From: Lachnospiraceae bacterium | GTDB lineage: Bacteria > Bacillota > Clostridia > Lachnospirales > Lachnospiraceae | Assembly: GCA_047975025.1 (NCBI GenBank) | Contig: JBKECY010000050.1 | Span: 38,055 to 102,054 of the forward strand | Length of the DNA: 64,000 nt | Direction of reading: 5' to 3' | In this document: positions 38,794 to 49,139 of the stretch, in pieces | How positions within the stretch are numbered: the first letter of the stretch is position 1 | Layout of the letters: each line of letters opens with the position of its first letter | Notes under the pieces: generated by a model | The model's input: the letters and a program-made list of their open reading frames with translations, nothing else | What the model was told of the DNA's origin: nothing | The model's database searches: none | Position numbers and translations under genes: made by a program

Positions 38794-41700
38794 ATGCAAA
38801 AAAGAATATTAAGTTTTATGCTGGTTGTTGCAATGCTATTGCAAGTACTGGTACCAAATTTAAGTTTAAGCGTAAATGCGGCGAATGATGGAACAGCACC
38901 CTGGGTAGTTACTTATGAGAGTGGTGTTGGAGATGATTCGGTTACGAATTTACCAAGTATTACAACTGTTAATGTTCCGGCAGGGCAATATAACAGTACT
39001 AATTTGAGAGTAAATTCCCCGGAAAGAAGTGGGTATACTTTTACCGGATGGAAAGTTACATTTAATGCAGGTGCTACGCTGGATGCAGGATACCGGGGTA
39101 TGGTTATTGCTCCGGATACAGATGCATACTTGGGAGGCACCATAGCTGACAAAAAGTGGAGCACTGCAACACTGACAGCACAGTGGAAGGAAAATACTGT
39201 CGCTGACACAGGTTCTGTGCAGCTGTGGCTGTATTTAAATGATAGTAATTTTACTAGTGCTTCTAATAGGAATTACAGTCTGAAATCTGTTAATTCAGAT
39301 GTGTCCTATGCAGCAGTAGCAGTGAATAACTCAGTAAAGTTTAATAATGTTGCAAATGGAACATATAGACTTTACGAAACATTTGCCGGAGGGTACACTG
39401 TTGATATTACAACGCTTTATTCCGAAGCAGCTGATACAACCAATGTAGCAAGCCCCATAGTCATCAACGGCGATGAACAGGAAATGGGAATTTACTACTA
39501 TCAGATTGATACGGCAGTAGCTGCTGCTGGGACTATCAGCAAGTCGGCAACCCCTTTTCAGGGAAGTGGCATTGCCTTTTTCCTGAAATATACGAAAGTT
39601 CAGTATACGGCGGTTAGGGACGGTTATAGTCTGACGGGATGGACCTCTACGGGATCTGCTATTTCTGCAGGTGGGGAAGTAGTATTAACTAATAGGACTA
39701 CAGTTACTCCAATTTACAGCGCAAATCCTACACCTAAAAAAGTATCTCTTGAAATTTATCTGGATAATACGCCGACCAGAGGTGACAAGGATTTTTATCT
39801 GCAGAGCAAAGATGACCCGACTGTGACAGTTTCATCAAGCTCACTGGGAAGCGAGTGGGTTGCTTTTGATGCTGTACCTTCCGGAACCTATAAGGTTTTC
39901 CAAAAAGTTGGTCAATGGATAAGTGATACCGATTTGGATACGGGAGTTGAGGTTACGGTTGGCAGCAGCGATGTAACGACGGCCGTCAATTACTATACAG
40001 TTCAAGTGAACAATGCAGGCGGTGGTACATCGGATATAGTTACCGGCGAATATGTTAAAGGCTCGGTGCTTCCGATTCTTGCAACACCAAATGCAGGGTA
40101 TTCTTTTGCTGGTTGGGTTGTTGCAGCAAATCCTGAATATCTGCAAAATGCAAGTCAGCCTAATGCTACTTTGTATGTACAGAAGGACATGATCATTCAG
40201 CCGTTATTTGAGGAAATTGATACATACAAGATAGTTTTTGATACGAATAAAGGTACGGAAACTTATAGCCCTTATGAAGGTGGATATCAAAGTTCTTACT
40301 ATCTTGCAGGTGCAACACGCCCGGGTTATATTTTCGCAGGCTGGAAAGTCGTAGAAGGTGGAGCAGAACAACTGATTGCTGCCGGCAGTTCGGTTCTTTA
40401 CAGTGAACTCGCCACAGATTCGACTGTGTCGCAGGTTACTTTGCAGGCGCAGTGGCAGCGAAGAGATGTTGTTGTCAATCTGTCCTTAGATGGTGATTCT
40501 TACACTTCCAATGATGGAAACATTTACCAATTGCGTGATGCATCCGGAGAGGTTCTGTATACGGCGACAAGTGAAAGCGGCAAAGTAAGATTTAAAGGAG
40601 TTGTCGAAGGCGTAACATACTATTTATGGGAAGATGTACCGGCTAATTCAGTGGACTACCAATTCCTGAACGTAGATGGTGGCACGAACTTTGAAATCAC
40701 TCCGAGTGCTGCTGCGCTCACCACTCGCAATTTAAATTATTATACGTTAAACGTTGCTTCTGCGGAAAATGGAACCACTGAGCCAGGTACAGGCAGTGCG
40801 ACTGTATATCCGCAGGGAATGACAGTGGAGTTAAAAGCAAAGCCTTCAGATGGATATAAATTCGCAACATGGAATCCATCAGGTGCAAGCGTAGTTGCTG
40901 ATGCTGCTAAAGCAGCAACAACAATTGTGATAAAGGGGACGACTCAATTATCGCCGCTCTTTGTTGCAAAAAATAGATTTGGAGTTATTTATAAGCTGGC
41001 TGGCGGTTCTTCTGCTGCAATTCCGGCAAGCGTAAGCATATTAAAAGAAGAAAATGTAATTCTGGCTGCTGAGCCAACGCGTGCAGGTTATGTGTTTGCA
41101 GGCTGGGTAGTAACGGAGAATGGTTCATCAGCAACAGACAATCAGGTATATCAAGCAGGCCAGACACTTGCGTATGAAGATGCAAGAGCCAGCACAACGC
41201 CAGCTTACATTGAGCTGACAGCACAGTGGCAAACAAACACTGTTGAAGTAGCACCATATCTTGATGGTGCGCGTACAGCAAAGAACCTTTATCTTAAAAA
41301 TACAGATGGTGTATCTGGTGATATTACAGGAAGCATTATTGATTCAGACGGAACATGGGAGTTTGCAGGTGTACCGAATGGTACCTATGAAATTTACGAA
41401 GATGTAGCCGTATGGATTGGTGAAGATATCGCAACAGGTAAAACAATTACTGTTATGGATAATAGTGTATCGACAGAATTGCATTATTATACTGTAGACG
41501 TGTCATATGATACTGCACAGGGCAGTGTGAATATTGAAACGCGTGTATACCTTGAAGGAACTAAGGTTACTCTTTTAGCAACTCCTGCCACAGGGTATCA
41601 GTTCGCTAATTGGGGATATGACGAAGAGTACATTAAAGACAGCAATGCGTCACAGACGACGCTGTATGTACAGGAACCGGTTACTTTTGCACCTACGTTT

Positions 41701-44700
41701 ACCAGTGACTCAGATTACACGATTGTGTTCGACTATAACGGAGCCGGTGAATCTGTACAGGTAGGACCGGGAAGCTTTACGGATGCGTATTCTGTACCTG
41801 AGGATCCTACACTTTCAGGCTCTGTATTTAAGGGCTGGAAGGTTATCGCAGGTGGAAGTGCACAGTTCTTAGGTGCTGCAAACACTCCATTTGCCTATGC
41901 ATCTCTGGCAACGGATAACTCTGTAAAACAGATTACGGTTCAGGCACAATGGGAGCGCAGAGATATTGTGATTAATCTCTATAAAGATGGAGAAGTCTAT
42001 GATGATCTGCAAGGCACGCGTTTCCAACTAAGAGATGTTTCAGGAAATGTTCTCTACTCAGCGGTAAGCAGTAATGGTAAAGTAAGATTTAGAGGTGTTG
42101 AAGCCGTTGATGCCAATAATGCGTACAGACTCTGGGTAGATGTTCTGAATACGACGCACGACTATCAATTCCAGACAAAAGACGGAACCTTACCTCTGAC
42201 AATTTCATCAGAAACAGGTGCTCTGATTTCAGTTGACGTTAATTACTATACATTAACTCTAAATGAAGCTGAGCATGTTACAACAACTCCGGAAGCCGGC
42301 AGCAAAGTGTATCCGCAGGGTACCAGTGTAAGCTTGTCAGCGGAGCTGGATTATGGATTTAAGTTTGTACAATGGAGCTCTGACACTGCCGGTGCAGTCG
42401 CAGATTCCAGCTCAAAAAATACGACCGTTCTGTTGCAGGATACAACACAGGTAACACCGGTCGTTGTAGAAAAGAACAAATTCAAAGTATTCGTTGATTT
42501 AAATGGGGGAAGCTCAGACACAATTACGGATACGGAAGTTTACAAAACTGACAATGTAATTCCGACAGATGTTCCGGAGTATACAGGTCATGTATTTGCA
42601 GGATGGAGAGTAACAGAGAATTCAGCAGATACCAACGTTTATCAATCAGGCGATACACTTTTGTACAAAGATGCGGAAGCGAACAGCGCTCTTAATTCCA
42701 TCACGTTACAGGCACAGTGGGAAGTTAACACAGTCGCGCTGGATGTGACACTGGATGGCACTGCTGTTCCGACAGCGAAAGTATTTTATCTGAAAAATAC
42801 AGATGGAACATCACCTGATATTACGGAATTCACTACGGATGCTACAACAATCTCTTTTGCCGGCGTACCAAACGGCAGTTACGAAATCTGGGAGAAGATT
42901 GGTAACTGGGCAGGCGGAGATGTTTCTACCGGAAGAGGTTTCAGTGTTGCAGATCAAAGTGTAACCATTGCTCTTGACTACTTTAATGTTACTGTGGACG
43001 TTAGTTCAACAATTGGCGGAACGGTTGATATCGAGAGCGGTATCTATCTAAAAGGCAGTGAGATTGCAATCAATGCAACGGCTGACCTTGGCTATCAGTT
43101 CGCCAGCTGGGGATATGCAAGTCAATATCTCCCGGGCAATACGAATGCGCAGGCAACACTGTATGTTCAGGAACCGGTCACTTTGGCACCAGAGTTTACA
43201 GCCGAAAGCGATTATTCAATTATGTTCGACCTAAATGGGGCATCAGGTACTGCACCTGCCACATTAACAGGCACATTTGCGGCACATTATACAGTACCAT
43301 CGGATCCGGAACGTTCCGGTTATGTATTCGATGGCTGGAAAGTAGTTGCTGGCGGTACTGCGACACTTGGTGATGCAGACTCTATCTTTGCTTACAGTGA
43401 TTTGGCAACTGACGCAACAGTAAAACAGGTAACAGTTCAGGCACAATGGATACAAAAGCGCGTTGTAATCGCACTGTACAAAGACGGTGCACGTTGGAAT
43501 AATCCTGAAACAGAGATGACCTTCCAGCTGCGTGATGCATCCGGAGAACTTGTGTATACCTCTCCTGAAAGCGAACTTGCCAGAGCCAGATTTACTGAGG
43601 TCAAGACAGGAACGTACTATCTATGGGAAGATATTAAGAACACATCCGTAGATGAGCAGGTATACAATGAAGACGGAACGGCAGTTGAAGTTGTTGTAGG
43701 TGCAGAAGATGCACGTATTCAGATTGATGTGGACTATTACACACTGAATATCAAAGCAGCAGTCAATGGAACTACCGAACCTGGAGAAAGTACAACAATT
43801 TACCGTCAGGCAACAGGTGTCAAATTGACAGCAACACCTGACTATGGATTCGAACTTGCTTCATGGGGTATCAGTGCAGGTGGTGCACTCGAAGAAGGCC
43901 CTGACGCAAATCAGGCAACTGTCTATATGAGTAATACAACGACACTCGAACCTGTATTTACAGCAAGAGATCAGTATGTTGTGTATTATGATTTTGCCGG
44001 CGGAAGCTCTGATACGATTGAAACACTGCTTTGCTACCAGGAAGAAAATGTCGTACCGGCTGCGATTCCTACAAAAGCGGGCTATACATTTGCCGGCTGG
44101 GTAGTTACAGAGAATGCCAATAGCGGACTGTCAGGAGATCCGATACAGGCAGGTACGCAGTTAACGTATGCAGACGCGGCAGATGCTGCGGCTAACTACA
44201 TCAGACTGACGGCGCAGTGGGAATCCAATGATGTAGCACTGTCAATCTTCCTGGATAATGCAGCGTTCGACGATTGCACAAAGCAATTCTTCCTGAAGAG
44301 TGCAGACGGCAAAATCGTTTCGAACTATGATGTTGACACAACAAGCTTTGCGGCTGTACCGGATGGCGAATACGAAGTATGGGAAAAGATTCCATACAAA
44401 GAGAGTCTTGCAACGGGAGTTCTTGTTTCCGTAGCATGTACAGATGCATCTGCAAGCGTGTATTATTGCACACTTACTGTGAATGCACCGGCAGAAGGCG
44501 GCACAGTGAAAGCAGCTGCAGGAATCTACCTGGATGGTACGGTCCTGAATATTACTGCAACACCGGCAGCCGGATATGAGTTCGTTACATGGGGCTTCAC
44601 AGGCGAAGGATTACTGGAAGTGGATCAGGCGGCAACCACAGTGACTGTTGGACCAAATGCTACACTAAATCCAGAATTTGCACAGAAAAATTACACAGTA

Positions 44701-47178
44701 GTATATGATGTGAATGGTGGAACTCCAGAGCTTGCGAATTGGAATACCGCAACATGGACATCAGGCGTATACAATGATCAGGTCAGCAAGTCAGGATATA
44801 CACTGGCAGGCTGGGAAGTCGTAGAAGGCGGTTCCGGTATCGTACGTGACTTTACTAAGACATATGGTGATGTTGCAACGGATGCGGAGACAACTTCAAT
44901 CACTTTAAAAGCTATCTGGAATGCCAATGACGTAACCTTTAAAGTTAAGAAAGACGGAACAGATTGGGCAGAGTTCACCAGAACGTTCTACCTGAAGAAT
45001 GATGCTACGAATGAAACGACTGCACAGACATCAACAGACGGAGCGACAGTTCTGTTTGCGGCAGTACCGGAAGGAAGCTACACATTATATGAGGATACAC
45101 CGGGCACATCTGTTGATGCAAAATTAGCGTTAAGTCAATTAGTTATGACCGGCGGAGCATTTAGTTACAGCTCAATCGGAGAATATGTTGACTATTACAC
45201 AGTAACTGTAAATGAAACAGTCAACGGTACAGTGACACCGCAGCCGGGCTCGAAAGTATATCTTGAGAACAGTCTGGTAACGCTTAAAGCAGTACCGGAG
45301 AGTGGATATTCATTTGAATCATGGAATATAGATGCGGATACATCGAGTCTGATTTCTGACGAAACGGCTGTGAATGCAGTTCTGACAGTGACAGATACAA
45401 CAACTCTTAGTCCGACATTTACAGAAAATGATGAGTATGAAATCGTATACGAACTCAACGGAGCAGCGGAAGCACCAATTGCTGCAACGACTGGCGTAAA
45501 GTGGACAGATAAAGTGTTGGATAAAGCGCCTGAGCAGTTAACCAAATTTGGTTATACGTTTGCAGGCTGGACACTGGATGCTGCCGGTAACAAGGCTGTT
45601 ACAGCGGATACACTGTATAAAGAGGCAACAAATGGTGATGATTCAATTGCAACCGTAACGCTGTATGCACAGTGGGAAGCAAGACAGGTAACAGTTAAGT
45701 TTGATGGAAATCAAGGCACCGGAAGTTCAGAACCAAGTTCTACGCAATCGATTGTCACTGAATATGGCGAATTAATCGATGCACCTCTGGCTCCAACAAG
45801 AGATGGATATACCTTTGGAGGCTGGTACTACTTCATAGGCGGAGAATATCATGAATTTGGATTTGGATATGCAGGTACAGAACTGACAGATGCAATTGGC
45901 GTCATTGAGTATCATAAGGCATTGGAGATTACCCTGTATGCGAACTGGGTAGCCAAGGAGGTCGTTGTAAAATTCAACAGCAATAAGGGAACGGGATCTA
46001 CAGCACCTACCGAAACTGCTGACATGACAGCCACATTTGATTCTGCACTGGTCATCACACAGACAGCGCCGACGAGACCTGGCTATACCTTTGATGGCTG
46101 GTATCTGGATAAGAGCCTTACGAAGAAAGTAGTTAACGGCGTTACAATGCTTACGGCAGACAATGGCGTACTGACACCTGGAAAGGGCGATCAGACATTG
46201 ACTGTATATGCAAAATGGGCACCGAAGACTGTGAAACTGTATTACGAGTTAAATGATGGTAAAGCTACACCTGCCGGTGTAATTTTCAATCAGACAAAAG
46301 CATCAAAAGAAGGTCTGTTCGATCAGGCTGTTTCCAACCCAACGAACCCGACAAGACCGGGATATACATTCAAGGGCTGGTATGAAGTGCCTTCTACCAA
46401 GGTGGCATCGAATACACCTGCATGGGTATTTGCCAACAAACTGGGAAGCAAACTCCTCTCTGCAGCAAATGTTACAGTTCAGTCTGAGATGAGCAAGACA
46501 TTCTACGCAAAATGGGAAGCGAAGACATATACAGTTACCTTTAGTGCAAACGGAGGAACTCTGGACACGTCTTCAAAAACCAAGAAAGTGACATATGATA
46601 CAGCCTATGGTGATCTTCCGACAGCTACACAGTCCCGTTATCAGTTTGACGGATGGTGGACGAAGAAGACCGGTGGTGAAAGAGTCACAGCATCTACAAT
46701 CTTTACAAATGCTAAAAATACAACCGTATATGCTCATTGGACAAAAGGTGTTGTTGTTTACAGAGTCTATAATCCAAATTCTACAGAGCATGTATATACA
46801 CCGGATATTGCCGAAGTCAATGTATGCGTAAGCAAAGGATGGCAGTATGAAGGCGTTGCATGGATCGCCGCACCGAAGGAATACGGCGAGCCGGTATACA
46901 GAACCTACAATAAAAATTCAGGTGAACATTTCTATTCAACGAACATGGGAGAAATCAGAGCCCTGCAGGCAATAGGATGGACGTATGAAGGTATTGCATG
47001 GTATAGTGCAACGAACAAGAAAGTACCTGTATACAGACTGTACTCACCGTATCTGACAGGTGAGCAGCAAGCTGGTTCACATCTCTTTACAACAAGTAAG
47101 TATGAGAGAGATACCCTGATCCAAGGTGGATTATGGTTAGATGAAGGTATTGGCTGGTATGGATTTGCAGCAATTTAA
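38794..47178 (+). CDS. Giant (~2,794 aa) secreted repeat protein / putative adhesin, built from Listeria-Bacteroides (InlB B-type) repeats alternating with SpaA/Cna-B-like beta-sandwich modules, with C-terminal DUF5648-like repeats
   Basis: The start is set at the ATG at 38794 (GGAAAGGGAA Shine-Dalgarno sequence). Signal peptide MQKRILSFMLVVAMLLQVLVPNLSLSVNA. There are more than 15 G-Y-x-F-x-G-W motifs, each ending in ..L.AQW. The interleaved modules carry G(T/S)Y(E/R)(I/L)(Y/W)E. The tail has three copies of VYR.YN.NSGEHFY...E......GW.YEG..W. There is no LPXTG motif. Confidence 0.85.
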   Translation: MQKRILSFMLVVAMLLQVLVPNLSLSVNAANDGTAPWVVTYESGVGDDSVTNLPSITTVNVPAGQYNSTNLRVNSPERSGYTFTGWKVTFNAGATLDAGYRGMVIAPDTDAYLGGTIADKKWSTATLTAQWKENTVADTGSVQLWLYLNDSNFTSASNRNYSLKSVNSDVSYAAVAVNNSVKFNNVANGTYRLYETFAGGYTVDITTLYSEAADTTNVASPIVINGDEQEMGIYYYQIDTAVAAAGTISKSATPFQGSGIAFFLKYTKVQYTAVRDGYSLTGWTSTGSAISAGGEVVLTNRTTVTPIYSANPTPKKVSLEIYLDNTPTRGDKDFYLQSKDDPTVTVSSSSLGSEWVAFDAVPSGTYKVFQKVGQWISDTDLDTGVEVTVGSSDVTTAVNYYTVQVNNAGGGTSDIVTGEYVKGSVLPILATPNAGYSFAGWVVAANPEYLQNASQPNATLYVQKDMIIQPLFEEIDTYKIVFDTNKGTETYSPYEGGYQSSYYLAGATRPGYIFAGWKVVEGGAEQLIAAGSSVLYSELATDSTVSQVTLQAQWQRRDVVVNLSLDGDSYTSNDGNIYQLRDASGEVLYTATSESGKVRFKGVVEGVTYYLWEDVPANSVDYQFLNVDGGTNFEITPSAAALTTRNLNYYTLNVASAENGTTEPGTGSATVYPQGMTVELKAKPSDGYKFATWNPSGASVVADAAKAATTIVIKGTTQLSPLFVAKNRFGVIYKLAGGSSAAIPASVSILKEENVILAAEPTRAGYVFAGWVVTENGSSATDNQVYQAGQTLAYEDARASTTPAYIELTAQWQTNTVEVAPYLDGARTAKNLYLKNTDGVSGDITGSIIDSDGTWEFAGVPNGTYEIYEDVAVWIGEDIATGKTITVMDNSVSTELHYYTVDVSYDTAQGSVNIETRVYLEGTKVTLLATPATGYQFANWGYDEEYIKDSNASQTTLYVQEPVTFAPTFTSDSDYTIVFDYNGAGESVQVGPGSFTDAYSVPEDPTLSGSVFKGWKVIAGGSAQFLGAANTPFAYASLATDNSVKQITVQAQWERRDIVINLYKDGEVYDDLQGTRFQLRDVSGNVLYSAVSSNGKVRFRGVEAVDANNAYRLWVDVLNTTHDYQFQTKDGTLPLTISSETGALISVDVNYYTLTLNEAEHVTTTPEAGSKVYPQGTSVSLSAELDYGFKFVQWSSDTAGAVADSSSKNTTVLLQDTTQVTPVVVEKNKFKVFVDLNGGSSDTITDTEVYKTDNVIPTDVPEYTGHVFAGWRVTENSADTNVYQSGDTLLYKDAEANSALNSITLQAQWEVNTVALDVTLDGTAVPTAKVFYLKNTDGTSPDITEFTTDATTISFAGVPNGSYEIWEKIGNWAGGDVSTGRGFSVADQSVTIALDYFNVTVDVSSTIGGTVDIESGIYLKGSEIAINATADLGYQFASWGYASQYLPGNTNAQATLYVQEPVTLAPEFTAESDYSIMFDLNGASGTAPATLTGTFAAHYTVPSDPERSGYVFDGWKVVAGGTATLGDADSIFAYSDLATDATVKQVTVQAQWIQKRVVIALYKDGARWNNPETEMTFQLRDASGELVYTSPESELARARFTEVKTGTYYLWEDIKNTSVDEQVYNEDGTAVEVVVGAEDARIQIDVDYYTLNIKAAVNGTTEPGESTTIYRQATGVKLTATPDYGFELASWGISAGGALEEGPDANQATVYMSNTTTLEPVFTARDQYVVYYDFAGGSSDTIETLLCYQEENVVPAAIPTKAGYTFAGWVVTENANSGLSGDPIQAGTQLTYADAADAAANYIRLTAQWESNDVALSIFLDNAAFDDCTKQFFLKSADGKIVSNYDVDTTSFAAVPDGEYEVWEKIPYKESLATGVLVSVACTDASASVYYCTLTVNAPAEGGTVKAAAGIYLDGTVLNITATPAAGYEFVTWGFTGEGLLEVDQAATTVTVGPNATLNPEFAQKNYTVVYDVNGGTPELANWNTATWTSGVYNDQVSKSGYTLAGWEVVEGGSGIVRDFTKTYGDVATDAETTSITLKAIWNANDVTFKVKKDGTDWAEFTRTFYLKNDATNETTAQTSTDGATVLFAAVPEGSYTLYEDTPGTSVDAKLALSQLVMTGGAFSYSSIGEYVDYYTVTVNETVNGTVTPQPGSKVYLENSLVTLKAVPESGYSFESWNIDADTSSLISDETAVNAVLTVTDTTTLSPTFTENDEYEIVYELNGAAEAPIAATTGVKWTDKVLDKAPEQLTKFGYTFAGWTLDAAGNKAVTADTLYKEATNGDDSIATVTLYAQWEARQVTVKFDGNQGTGSSEPSSTQSIVTEYGELIDAPLAPTRDGYTFGGWYYFIGGEYHEFGFGYAGTELTDAIGVIEYHKALEITLYANWVAKEVVVKFNSNKGTGSTAPTETADMTATFDSALVITQTAPTRPGYTFDGWYLDKSLTKKVVNGVTMLTADNGVLTPGKGDQTLTVYAKWAPKTVKLYYELNDGKATPAGVIFNQTKASKEGLFDQAVSNPTNPTRPGYTFKGWYEVPSTKVASNTPAWVFANKLGSKLLSAANVTVQSEMSKTFYAKWEAKTYTVTFSANGGTLDTSSKTKKVTYDTAYGDLPTATQSRYQFDGWWTKKTGGERVTASTIFTNAKNTTVYAHWTKGVVVYRVYNPNSTEHVYTPDIAEVNVCVSKGWQYEGVAWIAAPKEYGEPVYRTYNKNSGEHFYSTNMGEIRALQAIGWTYEGIAWYSATNKKVPVYRLYSPYLTGEQQAGSHLFTTSKYERDTLIQGGLWLDEGIGWYGFAAI
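40441..44931 (+). repeat. Three tandem, diverged 1497-bp (499-aa) coding super-repeats inside the giant gene
   Basis: The landmark ..VQAQW(E/Q/I)(R/Q)(R/K)(D/R)(V/I)V(V/I)(N/A)L.. begins at 40441, 41938 and 43435, exactly 1497 bp apart. A second landmark, LTAQW..N.V, occurs at 41221, 42712 and 44212. Confidence 0.85.
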
Positions 47179-47212
47179 GATATTTGTAGAAGTGCAATAA
47201 GCACCAAACAAT

Positions 47213-47272
47213 AGAACACCCCCTGCGGGGTAGTATGTGCCAGGATGGCCGCTGTCCCGCAGGGGGTGTTCT
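47213..47272 (+). terminator. Long hairpin downstream of the giant gene (probable terminator)
   Basis: 17-bp perfect arms AGAACACCCCCTGCGGG / CCCGCAGGGGGTGTTCT with a 26-nt loop. The T-tract is weak (CTTTGCG). Confidence 0.6.
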
Positions 47273-47439
47273 TTGCGCTGTGCTTTTGTAATGTATGCAT
47301 CGTATACCGGCTATATCAGAAAAATACATTGGCGGGTGCATTTTTTGGGGAGCGGGAGTGGTAGTAGTGTGATACTATAACAATAGAGTAGGGTATGACA
47401 GGATGTTGGTAGTATGGGAAAGGCAGGGAACAGCAAGCA

Positions 47440-47706
47440 ATGGCGGGACAGGAAAAAGTAAAGAACTGCAAAGTTAAGCAGTTAGAACACGTGGATATGA
47501 TCGTAGGGATTCTTAAATTGCAGTTGACACAAAATGAAGTACGTCAAGAAGGTGTCATCATCGAACTTAATTGTACGCTTACCGCACAGGAATGCGAGGA
47601 AATTCGTGCAATTATGGAACTCGACCACTGGAAAATCTCTTTTTTGGAAGGACTGCTTAGGAGCCAGGCTTTTTTCTGTTTTGATGTAAGCGAATCGTGT
47701 AAATAA
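47440..47706 (+). CDS. Hypothetical small protein (88 aa)
   Basis: This is an open frame only. I see no recognisable motif and the Shine-Dalgarno sequence is weak. Confidence 0.3.
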   Translation: MAGQEKVKNCKVKQLEHVDMIVGILKLQLTQNEVRQEGVIIELNCTLTAQECEEIRAIMELDHWKISFLEGLLRSQAFFCFDVSESCK

Positions 47707-47895
47707 GGAGGAGTTCTTCGAATAATCACATAATCTTCATAGGACTGCCACAGGATGAACAAAATTTCCGTTTAGACTCTTGTAGAAGTTACAAGATGAA
47801 AGCGTGAGTTGGCGTACCGGTACGACCGGACAGAAACTCATGTATATGCAGCAAAGCAAAGTCTGACTCTGCCTTGCGTCTGAAAGGAGATTTTT

Positions 47896-48531
47896 ATGAA
47901 AAAACAAGTGGTGATGGTTCTTTTATCAGCAGGTATTGCAGCAGCTAGTGTCACAGCCTGCGGACAGCAGGAGACGACAAGTACTGAAACACAGGCCACA
48001 CAGACGGAGGAGGTAACGGAAGCACCGGCCGTTGATGAAAACAGTCTTATGGGAGAAGTAACAGCGATAGATGGCAGCGATATCACTCTCGCAGTGATGA
48101 CACAGCCGGCACAAAGTGAGTATGGGGCGGGAGATAGCACTTCCTCGGAAGATACGGCGGACACTTCGGCGACAACGGATGCCACAGAAACCACAGAGAG
48201 CACAGAAACCACAGAAGCATCTGCCACTGCAGATACTGATGCCACAGAGCCGTCAGAGGACATGGAACCCCAGACAGAAGAACAATTGTTGACGGTGGTG
48301 GATTCTACTGAGATTCTCACACAGGGAGAAGACGGAGAAGAAACAGAAGCCACGCTGGAAGATATCCAAGTCGGAAGCCGCATAAGTGCCACTTTAGACG
48401 ATGCGGGAGAAGTTTCCCGGATTGTAATTCAAAACACAGAGGCAGGTCCGGGGGCAGAGGGAGGCGAAGCACCGGAAGAAGGTGAAACACCGCCGACAGA
48501 CACCACGACAGCGACAGAAGCTGCTGAATAG
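47896..48531 (+). CDS. Acidic Thr/Glu-rich lipoprotein of unknown function
   Basis: AAAGGAGA Shine-Dalgarno sequence, signal peptide plus lipobox (AAASVTAC), then low-complexity T/E/A-rich sequence. The antisense ORF 47838..48392 has no signals. Confidence 0.7.
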   Translation: MKKQVVMVLLSAGIAAASVTACGQQETTSTETQATQTEEVTEAPAVDENSLMGEVTAIDGSDITLAVMTQPAQSEYGAGDSTSSEDTADTSATTDATETTESTETTEASATADTDATEPSEDMEPQTEEQLLTVVDSTEILTQGEDGEETEATLEDIQVGSRISATLDDAGEVSRIVIQNTEAGPGAEGGEAPEEGETPPTDTTTATEAAE

Positions 48532-48541
48532 AACATCATAC

Positions 48542-48572
48542 AAAAAACCATCCGAAAGCCGGATGGTTTTTT
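48542..48572. terminator. Bidirectional intrinsic terminator
   Basis: AAAAAACCATCCG-AAAGC-CGGATGGTTTTTT between convergent genes. Confidence 0.85.
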
Positions 48573-48586
48573 GTATGATTTGCTGC

Positions 48587-48937
48587 TTACAACAACGTAT
48601 TATCCCAGTCTGCGACCCGAAAGCCGGTAAGGACAAAATCGTCACCGACGACCAAGGGACGCTTAACCAGCATACCGTCAGTAGCCAGGACGGAGAGCAT
48701 TTGCTCCTCGCTCATAGCGGCAAGCTGATCTTTTAGATTCAGCTCGCGGTAGACAAGTCCGCTGGTATTGAAGAAACGTTTGAGCGAAAGACCGCTCTTG
48801 TGGTACCAGTCGGTAAGTTCCTCTTGTGTCGGCCGCTCTAGTTTTATGTCACGTAATTCATAGGGAATTGCGTGCTCATCCAACCAGTGCAGTGCTTTTT
48901 TACATGTGCTGCATGAAGGATAGCAAAGTACTAACAT
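48587..48937 (-). CDS. ArsC/Spx-family thioredoxin-fold protein
   Basis: N-terminal CxxC (YPSCSTCKKA) and family-typical ...KRFFNTSG..YRELNL......ML..DGMLVKRPLV. The start is set at the ATG preceded by AAGGAG. Confidence 0.75.
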   Translation of the reverse strand: MLVLCYPSCSTCKKALHWLDEHAIPYELRDIKLERPTQEELTDWYHKSGLSLKRFFNTSGLVYRELNLKDQLAAMSEEQMLSVLATDGMLVKRPLVVGDDFVLTGFRVADWDNTLL

Positions 48938-49139
48938 GAAGCTCCTTTCTGTAACCATCATTGAGTCATCCTACTGTGAATTATAGAAGATATGGGCGGC
49001 AAATACAAGAGTGAGAGACCAAAAAGCTTTAGCAGTCAAGTATTGGTTTTCAGATGCGGTCAGTTATGTTATACTACTTGCAAAGTATAATTTCGATATT
49101 GGGGGAAGTATACCTAAAAGAAAGAAGAGATCTACAATT

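Noticed and set aside
38794-47178. The regularly spaced repeats might be a CRISPR array or another non-coding repeat array.
   Set aside because: The period is 1497 bp. The copies are diverged and lie in one uninterrupted 2,800-codon frame with clear domain motifs. There are no short direct repeats with unique spacers and no cas genes.
36342-47300. This could be a genomic island integrated at tRNA-Leu, carrying TraX, LytTR and the giant adhesin.
   Set aside because: I found no integrase, recombinase or mobility gene, and no duplicated copy of the tRNA 3' end downstream of the adhesin. Only comparative genomics could revive the idea.
47281-47340. A possible hairpin plus T-run (ATGCATC ... GGTGCAT TTTTTT) as an orphan terminator or small RNA.
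   Set aside because: The pairing is short and long-range. There is no upstream promoter or gene to terminate, and it is not distinguishable from chance.
49011-49139. The longer 152-aa version of the anti-sigma-like ORF, starting at 49011.
   Set aside because: The upstream 43 codons begin with a GTG, have no Shine-Dalgarno sequence, and overlap promoter-like sequence (TTTTCA-17-TATACT). The zf-HC2 motif sits at the expected distance from the ATG at 49140.
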